From: Schmidtea nova
Lineage: Eukaryota
Length of the DNA: 64,000 nt
Assembly: GCA_044892505.1 (NCBI GenBank)
Contig: CM097883.1
Location: 314,588,001-314,652,000 of the forward strand
Reading direction: 5' to 3'
Under the pieces are notes generated by a model. It ran no database searches. It saw nothing but the letters and a program-made list of their open reading frames with translations, and was not told where the DNA came from. This document shows, one piece after another, positions 9,804 through 18,947 of this stretch. Both the position numbers and the translations under genes were made by a program. Within the stretch, counting starts at the first letter, position 1, and each line of letters opens with the position of its first letter.

Positions 9804-10445
9804 ACGAGAACTATGCTCACTGCTGAGAACTATGCTCACTAACGAGAACTATGCTCACTGACGAGAACTATGCTCAATGACGAGAACTATGCTTACTGAC
9901 GAGAACTATGCTCACTAACGAGAACTATGCTCACTGACGAGAACTATGCTCAATGACGAGAACTATGCTCAATGACGAGAACTATGCTCACTAACGAGAA
10001 CTATGCTCACTGACGAGAACTATGCTCAATGACGAGAACTATGCTCACTAACGAGAACTATGCTCACTGACGAGAACTATGCTCACTGGCAAAACATGGT
10101 TGTTATGAGGGTTTTGCTTACTGATGGAAACTCTTTGCTCCGGGGATTATGTTCCCCGATGAGAACTATGCTCACTGATGGTGACTACAGGAATTATGCT
10201 TCCTGATGAGAACTACGCTCACTACGATGACTATGTTTATTGATGAGAACTACGCTCACTGATGAGGACTATGTTCGCTGTTAGAACTTACGTTTATTGA
10301 TGAGAACTCTGCTCACTACAAGATTTATATTTACGGACGAGAACTATGCTCACTATGGTGTTGTGTTTTATGACGAGACCTACGCTCACTAGGATGTTAT
10401 GTTTTATGACGAGACCTATGCTCACTATGAGACCTATGCTCACGA
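9804..10445. repeat. 19 bp tandem array (ACGAGAACTATGCTCACTG), degenerating rightwards
   Basis: About 15 near-perfect units to ~10090, then degenerate copies. Confidence 0.95.
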
Positions 10446-10857
10446 ACGAAAACTCGAAATATCATCTCTCAGTGGTTGCATGTGTTGCTTCGGGATGTTC
10501 CTCCCAGTGGTCACTTATGCTTCTTCGGAGAATCTATTGTCGCGTTTCGTTAAGTTCTATCTTTCAAGAACTATGGGCAAATCCTTTCTCTTTAGGACCC
10601 CTCTTATCATTTCCTTTCTTTCAAGGAATTCATTTAACCTCGAGTTTTCCATTTACTCGGTTCATCTGTTATACCCCTTTATTCTATTATCGATTCGTCA
10701 ATCTTTCTACTTGACTTTACCTTATGCGAGCTGATTACGTGCCTTTCATCATATACCACATTTCTCTACTCCTCTTACTCATTTCATTGCTTTATCTCTC
10801 TCTTTACTGATCAGTTTAACATCCTATTTTTATAGTTTTTCTGCGCGCGCCTACACC

Positions 10858-11010
10858 TCATTGAGTTGTCCCTACCTTTCACCCCAACCAAAATATATAA
10901 AAAGATCGCATTGGTCCACTGATGCACGATGTGGTGATCAGTCACATCACAAGAGCTTTCCAATATCCGCGATTGGATCCCTTTCTACACATCTCGGGTG
11001 AGTTGATCAG
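10858..11010 (-). pseudogene. Frameshifted remnant of a small conserved leader ORF
   Basis: With one base removed it reads ERDPIADIGKLLCVTDHHIVHQWTNAIFLY, matching 59852-60109 ERLGTIAEAGKFLCVTDHHAILEWTSAIVSY. Confidence 0.6.
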
Positions 11011-11142
11011 TTGGTTCCCCCCAATGGGTGCTTATCGGACTACTCGTGAGTAGCTCATTATTACTTAGGTCATTTTTACCAAATCATTATTAAACCCTCA
11101 TAATTTCGGTAACAACTGCACTTGTTCAAAACTTTATTTCTA

Positions 11143-11601
11143 TTACAAGTACACTGTTATTTTCTCGGATACAGGTAGGTTGCACATAGGACATCGTTCA
11201 TTTATTTTACAGTCATTACAGAATCGAAAATGCCCACACGGCAACAACATTATCTGTATTTTGTTTATTTCACAGATGTAACACGTCAGATATTGTCTCG
11301 TATGTTCTGTTGTTATTCTTATCCACTCATCGTGTTTTGTTGCAATCTGTTGTTCTAGCCTGTGGCACTCGATATTCATCTCAGGGTTGTTTAATCGCTC
11401 TCTATACCACTGATATCGTGTTGCTGTATCCACTGTTATCTTATTCTCGCTTATGCTCATCATCATTTCGGCTCTTTCTGTGTTGTTTGTCGGTTCGTGG
11501 TATCCTCCTACCTCGAGTCGTTTTAACTTTCTCGTTATGGTCTCCACTGTTTCGTTGTTTGTCTCGAAAAACGTTTGCATTTCTTTTATTTTGTTCTCCA
11601 T
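11143..11601 (-). CDS. Coiled-coil + C-terminal RING-HC protein (IAP-type RING), putative E3 ligase
   Basis: CYICEINKIQIMLLPCGHFRFCNDCKINERCPMCNLPVSEKITVYL: C3HC4 with the LLPCGH signature at the extreme C-terminus. Confidence 0.85.
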   Translation of the reverse strand: MENKIKEMQTFFETNNETVETITRKLKRLEVGGYHEPTNNTERAEMMMSISENKITVDTATRYQWYRERLNNPEMNIECHRLEQQIATKHDEWIRITTEHTRQYLTCYICEINKIQIMLLPCGHFRFCNDCKINERCPMCNLPVSEKITVYL

Positions 11602-12135
11602 CCCCTGAATGAATTACCATTTATTTCTGTCGATTTTTATTTATTATTCCTTATTCTTATTCTATGGTAGTCCTACTGTTCGCTTTCTGTTGTTCTGTTT
11701 TGCGTCACTGCGTGTATATCCCCCCGTGTTCTTGAATGTCGCCCCGACATGATCATTGTTAGTTGCTCACACTCATACCATTTTCATACGCGCTTTTCAG
11801 CATACTTTTACCTTACGTCATGCATACTTTTCATCACTTTTCATACTGTTATTCCACATACTATTCCTCATACTTCATTCATCCCCATACTTACATTCCA
11901 TTGTCATTCATTCTTTCATTCTCATGTATACTTTTATCATGCTCATCACTCTCATTATTTTACACCCATACTTTATTTATTATTTTTCAACCCGATTCAT
12001 TCTTGCTTCAGGACCCTTAAACCCTCTGTTATCGTTTACTTTACTTTTCGTCGCTAATTTCGATTCCATCCCGGTTCATGCGCTCTAAACTTTCCGCAGA
12101 TATCGAATTCACTTTTTCCCACAAAGATCGATTTA

Positions 12136-12153
12136 ATCCCGGCTGAGCCCCCA
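12136..12153 (-). promoter_or_regulatory. Primer binding site complementary to tRNA-Pro
   Basis: TGGGGGCTCAGCCGGGAT is 16/18 identical to the MLV PBS-Pro TGGGGGCTCGTCCGGGAT and lies directly after the LTR end AATT. Confidence 0.88.
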
Positions 12154-12313
12154 AATTTATGCTGGTGTGTTGGTTGGATTGACAACTGAGATCCTTATGA
12201 TTTTATACGTTAGGGTGATCTCGCCAACATAAAAACATTCCCCCCGCTGACACCCATGATGTATCCCTAACTACTCATCATGTTGGTGCTGTGTCAACGT
12301 TGTGAAATGACAA

Positions 12314-12382
12314 GGCAGGTGAGCAACCTTTCGGCTACTATTCCCTTGTTTATTCACGGGTCCACCACTACCGATAGAAGGT
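12314..12382 (-). ncRNA. Conserved structured RNA motif with GNRA hairpin (copy 1)
   Basis: CCTTCTATCGGTAG...GGACCCGT...TAG-TAGCC GAAA GGTTG-CTCACCTGCC; covarying relatives at 42278, 46364 and 52281. Confidence 0.55.
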
Positions 12383-12545
12383 GTCTGTGGCTTTCTTTCG
12401 GTCCCACTTATGCTCTTTTCTATTGTCCTAGGGTGATTCAATTTTATTACATCTGCGGCTTTAAATGAATCCGGGTTTTAGTTATATTCAATTCTCAGTC
12501 ATTCCACAAACAAACAAGACAAGTCAAATCATTCGTTTTATACAT

Positions 12546-13166
12546 TTATTTATAGTTCAACAATACAGAGGGTCGTATTACATTTAGTAGTTCTTGCTCG
12601 GATAGACCACTGAGCAAGTCTACTTCGATTCCAAGGCGATCTGCATACGCGCGTCTCTCCCTACGCTTTTTCGCTCCCAAGCGCTTCCGTCTCTTTGTTC
12701 GTTTCGAGCCTTCCAGAATGATTGGGGATGTTGGGGTAGTTGTGATTGGGATGGTTTCTATCTCCGTTTGGGTACTTGTTGTCATCGATATTGTGTCCAC
12801 CCACCTATTAAAGGTGCTAGTCCTGATCACTGGGCGTAATTGCTCGGTGATAAACTCCTTGGTTGATGCCCTCAAGTAATTCGACAGCTCCATCTTTAGG
12901 GCTGCTACCTCCCTAGCTTGCTCGTCGATTGTTCGCTCCGCTCTGTATCGGGCTTGCAGGATAGTTTTAACCCTCTCTGGGTTGAACCACGTGGCTTTAA
13001 TTCGCTGGTGCTCTTCGTTTAGTTGACGCAAGCGGTTTTCTAGGACTCGCGATCGTGCTTTATGCTCTTTGGCCTCTTGTTTGTAGTCCCTAGTCGGATG
13101 TTCACTCATCTCTGTAAAATGTACAATTAATCGGGTTATGTATGGTTTGTCTGTTCTCTCAGTCAC
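12546..13166 (-). CDS. LTR-encoded accessory protein B (coiled coil, Arg-rich motif, Leu-rich C-terminus)
   Basis: Intact ORF with homologs at 42580-43167 and 45815-46153; AATAAA overlaps the stop. Confidence 0.75.
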   Translation of the reverse strand: MTERTDKPYITRLIVHFTEMSEHPTRDYKQEAKEHKARSRVLENRLRQLNEEHQRIKATWFNPERVKTILQARYRAERTIDEQAREVAALKMELSNYLRASTKEFITEQLRPVIRTSTFNRWVDTISMTTSTQTEIETIPITTTPTSPIILEGSKRTKRRKRLGAKKRRERRAYADRLGIEVDLLSGLSEQELLNVIRPSVLLNYK

Positions 13167-13300
13167 TATCTTTATTATTAAACCGGTGTTTCACTCTCAG
13201 ATCACTTCATGCATTCAAAGACATAACAAAACCCAAAAATTAATACATTTATTTTTAATACACCTCTCATCTTTCTTCGAATGATCGATTTCCTTGCGAT

Positions 13301-13936
13301 TTAGATGAAGGTTCGTAATTCCTGGTCGGCCGTGTTCTCGTCACGACGGATTCCACTTTCGTAGTAGAACTCCGGGGCGGGGCTCCAACTTAACTTGTCC
13401 CGAAAGATGAATACCTCCCAGAGACGAAGGTCTTTGGGCTCGGGTTGTTGGTCCAACGAAACGCTTCCCGGCGCGTTTGAGTAGGCGAAGACTTCCCCAG
13501 TGTCGCCACACCGAGGCCTGTCTAGCAGCAGGTAACCGAGTTGATGTAGCTCTTTTCCGGACATCATTCCAGTACTTAGTAGCCAGCGGGGCTGCTGTGC
13601 TTCATCCACGAATTGGTAGAACCATCGGGGATTCTCCGGTTTGCTATGATCCGAGGAGGGTACCCAATCAGTATCTCCTTCCCACCGCAACTGTAGTCCA
13701 AACGCGCAAGCTGGGGTGCTAGCGGCTGAGCTCATGTGAGCCCTCATCCATCGTCGTAGGTGGCGACGTGATACTTCTGCGACCTTTCGAGGTGCTTCGT
13801 TCTCTCCTCTGATGTTTATGATCGTATTGGGTCGGATGACGGAGCGGGTGCGCCGTTTCTTACGAAGGATGGTGTCCTCTATCTTTATCGGGTGCGCGGT
13901 CATCGGCTTCTCTTGGAAATTCTCTAGTTTCACCAT
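13301..13936 (-). CDS. LTR-encoded accessory protein A (unknown family)
   Basis: Intact 211 aa ORF with homologs at 34627-35229 and 43252-43761. A TATAAATA lies ~60 nt upstream and an AATAAA downstream. Confidence 0.75.
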   Translation of the reverse strand: MVKLENFQEKPMTAHPIKIEDTILRKKRRTRSVIRPNTIINIRGENEAPRKVAEVSRRHLRRWMRAHMSSAASTPACAFGLQLRWEGDTDWVPSSDHSKPENPRWFYQFVDEAQQPRWLLSTGMMSGKELHQLGYLLLDRPRCGDTGEVFAYSNAPGSVSLDQQPEPKDLRLWEVFIFRDKLSWSPAPEFYYESGIRRDENTADQELRTFI

Positions 13937-14871
13937 AGTATTTCTAAAGAAGATGGTTGTTTGTTAACTATGGATTCTATGGTATAACGGGCCTATTTAT
14001 ATTAGTCAACCCACCCGTTATACTTAATTTTCAACACTCATGTTCAACCACTCAGCTTTAACAGTTTTTATTTATCGATAATACTATTTAATCACATTCA
14101 ATCTCATCAGTCGTTTTCAATTACTTCCTCATCTAACCAGCAATGATCATACCATGTCGGGTAATTCTCGTAAGTACCTGTGATCCGTACACGCTGGGGT
14201 TCATCATTTTATCAGTTCTCAATGCCTGTGATTTATTTATCATCTCTCTTGGCGATTAAACGCGTCTGACAGAGGTTATCGATTACCCTTAACCCTTGAT
14301 ACTAGGTTCACTATTCCCGAACTCGTAAGCGCTAATGTTGACATATACCTACCCTCGTCGTCACCTAATTCATCGGCACTAATATTATTCACTACACGTC
14401 TATCCCTCGTCTAGACTTCACCGCGATATATGTCCTTCCTATAAAACGGGTTTCACTTTGCGCTCGTTTACGACTACTAGTTTATACTCGATACCCTATC
14501 ATCGTGATGTATAACGTTTACATTAGATCATCTCTACCTTGATTTCGTTCATGATCATTAGGTCTTACTCGATACCCTATGTGCATTTAACCCCTTCCGC
14601 TTTCCAAATATTTAATACACCTATGGTCCCGCCGCATCAGCACCTCACAACCGAAAGATTGTGTTGCGCTGAGAGGCCCCAAGAATCCGTCAGGCTGTTA
14701 GGCCTCCGGAAAACCTTATGGATTTTAATATGGTTATAAACAATTATGAGGGTTTAAATACATCAATAACATAACTCCAAATTACCTTTTATTTTCGCTT
14801 CGAAATCGGTATTACAACGTTTTCAGTAAGTCACAAGAGCTTACACTTGGTAAAAAATGACATATTCAAAT

Positions 14872-14922
14872 ACTGATTTTACTTCAGTATTTATACTGAA
14901 CCGGTGTTGTTGGTTAGCCAAT
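14872..14922 (-). promoter_or_regulatory. CCAAT + TATA (TATAAATA 14895-14888) + TCAGT initiator-like promoter
   Basis: The same CAGTATAAATAC and CCAAT spacing occur at 44698-44732. Related TATA boxes are at 33068-33075 (+) and 53161-53168 (-). Confidence 0.6.
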
Positions 14923-15684
14923 CAGCATCGAGTATGTGTGTTTGATCATTATTCTGTGTTGCCGGCTTTTTGCTGCCTAACTTAACTCGCCGATTTGTTT
15001 GGTTAATCATGCGGTAAGTTTATTTTTTGTACGATTTAATTTTTATTTGATTTTGCTTTAGGTCTTCGGTGACATCCGCCCACGCGCTGTCATATTCCAA
15101 TTTTTTCTGCTTCGCATGAGTGAGTTTTGAAGATTTTTGTTGTTTTGATTAATATGTTATTTCTTTTAGATGTTGCCGCCTATTTTGTTACGCTTTGGTG
15201 TTGGTAATTTATTTTGTTGTTATTCTGTATTTAATTTATTTTATTGATTGTACATTATTTTCAGATGCTGCTCGATTTGGCTGGCCCAACAGAAGCAAAG
15301 ATTGCTGAAAGAAAATTCAAGCCAATTTTATTTATACTGAAGCTTTATCAAAGTTTATATAGTTTTCTAACTTACAATCTCCCTCGTCGACGGCTGCTAA
15401 ATTGTAAAGAAGCTAAAAAAGAAAAACTTTTCAAGTAACCTTTCGTGGTTTTTTATTATTTTGTTATTAATAAATATTAGTAATTTAAAATAGTGCTGTT
15501 TATTTTATTGTATCTTATATACTTTTATATTTGATTGTTATTATATCATATCAGTAACCGCACTACACAGCACACACCCCGAGTGTCGACACATTGCTAA
15601 CGTCTGACTCTCTCGGGATCTACAACTCTTCTACACATCCACCCAATCAACAAATTAAAAACTCAAATTAGAACAGCTCAAACA

Positions 15685-15687
<3 letters not shown>

Positions 15688-15726
<39 letters not shown>
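15688..15726. repeat. (TA)n microsatellite at the element 1 boundary
   Basis: Direct reading. Confidence 0.95.
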
Positions 15727-15729
<3 letters not shown>

Positions 15730-16217
15730 AGGAGAACTAAAAGCAAATTGGATTTTATTAATAGAAATTGATCGCTAATTGATAAGTCGGTTTTTTGCAA
15801 CCGGAAATCTTGACCGATGATAACAAGAGTTGAAATGAGCAAGCTCCATGACAGACCGTATTGATTGATTTCTGGTGCTGGCGAATAATCCTTTAATCGA
15901 GATTGATTGTGATCCAATGTATTGATTTGTAGATTTTTTGAGTTAGTCATTTCAGATTTGTCTGGATAGTATATTAATATTGATCCAGTTGATGACAAGC
16001 ATCTTCCAGTTTGTACAGCTTCTTTACGCATTCCAGCAGCGAAACATTTCTGCAATCTACGGAACTGGCAATTGTTTCTTCTTTGAATATCGCCTACATA
16101 ATCTCCACTAGAGTAGAACTGATAATTGTTGTCATTTGATGAAAATGAGTCACTGTGAATGTCTTGGGTGAATGGGTATTTTACTCCATTTAATAATTAA
16201 TTAATTTATAAAATTGA

Positions 16218-16348
16218 NNNNNNNNNNNNNNNNNNNNNNNNNNNNNNNNNNNNNNNNNNNNNNNNNNNNNNNNNNNNNNNNNNNNNNNNNNNNNNNNNNN
16301 NNNNNNNNNNNNNNNNNNNNNNNNNNNNNNNNNNNNNNNNNNNNNNNN
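16218..16348. other. Assembly gap
   Basis: Run of N. Confidence 1.
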
Positions 16349-17168
16349 GCTATTTTTAAGGTTAGTGTATTTTATGTGCTGCCCATTATAATTAGTCTTC
16401 TTCCAATTTGGTCCAGGGAAACTAAAAGGTTGGACACCCCAGGTTTATAACATCAGGGACTAAAATTTAACAATATTTCTTTTTAGCAATTGTTTTGTTT
16501 TTTATATTGAATAATTAATAAATTAAAACGTACAAGTTCATTTAAATGTTTCTTCACTTAATATTTTCACAAAAGTTCACTATTTTGATTAATGAAACAC
16601 AGTTGTTTGCAGTGAATATGGGAGAAAAGTGAATAAAACGATCTCTTATACACGAGGGGGCGCAAGTATCTTACTGGAGAAGACCACAATTAAGGATTTT
16701 CTCCAGACTTATGGCCACATTAAATATTTTTAGATTTTAAAAGCACAAACTATGTTTGGTATCTTAATGTATTTTTGTTGAGTGTCTAACCAACATTTTA
16801 CCTTCTCAAAAGAAAAATGTTTTGTTTTTACATATCTTCATTTTAGATCTTATATTTATTACTTTCATGACGTAATGGTCAACAGGAAAGTTTTCTCTTA
16901 TCCTTTATAAGCATCTGCTTATTTAATTTTCAGCCATAAAATTATTATATATTTATTTTTAGTTAAATGAGTAATGATCCTGACGGCCGCAAATCTGCCT
17001 TCAAATGGTCTCAGTTTGATATATAATTTATATTAAGTAAGCATTTACTTATGTCGAAGATGAAAAGTACGACGGAACTTTTCGTCAATTATTTTATTGG
17101 ATTTATTATTGTTTTAATTGAGAAAATAATTTGAGTCTGAATCCATGTGCGTTGTAATTGTGACTTTA

Positions 17169-17800
17169 TGACTAGTAATTGTGACTAGTTATTGTGACTA
17201 GTATTGTGAATGACTAGTATTGTGACTAGTATTGTGAATGACTAGTATTGTGAATGACTAGTATTGTGAATGACTAGTATTGTGAATGACTAGTATTGTG
17301 AATGACTAGTATTGTGAATGACTAGTATTGTGACTAGTATTGTGAATGACTAGTATTGTGACTAGTATTGTGAATGACTAGTATTGTGAATGACTAGTAT
17401 TGTGACTAGTATTGTGAATGACTAGTATTGTGAATGACTAGTATTGTGAATGACTAGTATTGTGAATGACTAGTATTGTGACTAGTATTGTGAATGACTA
17501 GTATTGTGACTAGTATTGTGAATGACTAGTATTGTGAATGACTAGTATTGTGAATGACTAGTATTGTGAATGACTAGTATTGTGACTAGTAATTGTGAAT
17601 GACTAGTATTGTGAATGACTAGTATTGTGACTAGTATTGTGAATGACTAGTATTGTGAATGACTAGTATTGTGAATGACTAGTATTGTGACTAGTATTGT
17701 GAATGACTAGTATTGTGAATGACTAGTATTGTGAATGACTAGTATTGTGACTAGTATTGTGAATGACTAGTATTTTGAATGACTAGTAATTGTGACATTA
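17169..17800. repeat. Minisatellite of 16 bp (GACTAGTATTGTGAAT) and 12 bp (GACTAGTATTGT) units
   Basis: Direct reading; roughly 40 units. Confidence 0.97.
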
Positions 17801-18272
17801 TGACTATCAAGCCTTTTTTATTTTTACTATTGTTATATATTGAAAAATGTTTTTAAAACAGGGGTTCCTAACATGAGCTATATGGCTCTCAAGACGGCCA
17901 CAGAAACTACCAAACTGACCATGCTAATATTTCAAAATAAAATGAGCCCATTGTCGGCATAAATATGAATGATAGCCGATCTCAGTTTAAAATTTTAATA
18001 CATCCATGAATAGGCTTTTTAATAAATCTGCCCGCAATGTTTTGATTGGAAATATGCATTAAACCAAATATTCTTAAATTCAAATTTACATCCGGACTGC
18101 TGATAGTAAAACCGAACAGTCCGGGAGAACTTCAGCCAATTGGCAACCTTTCCCCTGGTCTACAGCTTGAAGATGATGGTAAACGAAACTATAAATAAAA
18201 ACAGATCAAAGGTGAATAATATCAAAATATTTAATGAAATTTCTATTCAATTGTAATACAAATTCAAAATGT

Positions 18273-18746
18273 TTATTCGTCATCATCATCACTCAAATGA
18301 ATTTTTATTAATATTTTGTCAACTATTTCTTCGCCAGTTTTCAAACAAAACAAATCCTTCACCTGTTCAATGTTCTCTTTGCTGCTGAACGTTTTCTTCA
18401 GTTGCTCAAGAGCTAATAGTGAAGCATTTTTGTAATAGATAAAACTTATATCGGCGTTCTTTCTCAATAAGTCGCAATACTCACACTTAGATTGGTCTGT
18501 CGGGATCTGCGTTGGGACATAAATCTCTTTAATATTCACTTTCGGAGGATTCGGATCATTTTCTTTTATCAACTGTAAACATCGTCTAATAGCTCCTCGA
18601 AGTATCATTTTTTCATCTGTGGTTCTTCTGTTTTTCAAATCGTCTATTTCGACATTCGGACTGTTTGCCTCTTGTTTGTGGGCAAATTCGTGCTCAAAAA
18701 GGATATCTAATAAATATTTTAAAATCTTTGCATTTTTCGAAGACAT
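18273..18746 (-). CDS. Orphan single-exon 157 aa protein with a CxxC motif and acidic tail
   Basis: Intact ATG-to-stop ORF with globular composition in AT-rich surroundings; no family recognised. Confidence 0.5.
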   Translation of the reverse strand: MSSKNAKILKYLLDILFEHEFAHKQEANSPNVEIDDLKNRRTTDEKMILRGAIRRCLQLIKENDPNPPKVNIKEIYVPTQIPTDQSKCEYCDLLRKNADISFIYYKNASLLALEQLKKTFSSKENIEQVKDLFCLKTGEEIVDKILIKIHLSDDDDE

Positions 18747-18947
18747 AAAGTTTGGAATTGAAAAGTAAACATAAGATTGAATATCAATAATGATTATATT
18801 TGAAAAGAAATAATTGTATCAAGAATTTAAACCAACAAGGTTTAAAGGCGGGAAGTTGATCTCTAATTACCGATGCATTTTTACTGAAAGCGATGGATAT
18901 GCTGATAATAATTTTTGAGATTTTTGTATCCATATTTTTCTAATTCA

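Larger units (their letters stand above)
1..15687 (-). mobile_element. Giant Ty3/gypsy LTR retrotransposon, 5' half (element 1); continues beyond the left edge
   Basis: LTR, then PBS, leader and Gag-...-PR-RT order on the minus strand. The RT start PIALRPYKL...MLDAEVIEPSCSPW is gypsy-type. Confidence 0.92.
12154..15687 (-). repeat. 5' LTR of element 1 (~3.5 kb, AGTT...AATT termini)
   Basis: The 3' end is fixed by the PBS. The 5' end is inferred from AGTTG next to a (TA)n tract; the relative at 32288 also starts AGTTG at a similar distance (780 vs 792 nt) from its TATA. Confidence 0.65.

Noticed and set aside
15678-16055. 125 aa minus ORF, possibly a LINE RT fragment
   Set aside because: No convincing motif in any frame, and it runs into the TA microsatellite.
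16214-16450. ORFs spanning N runs (also 21847-22146)
   Set aside because: Artefacts of translating gaps.
18092-18124. Hammerhead-like hairpin CCGGACTG-CTGATAG...GAA-CAGTCCGG (also CTGATGA at ~62861)
   Set aside because: The catalytic core (CUGANGA, GAAA, UH) and three-stem junction are incomplete.
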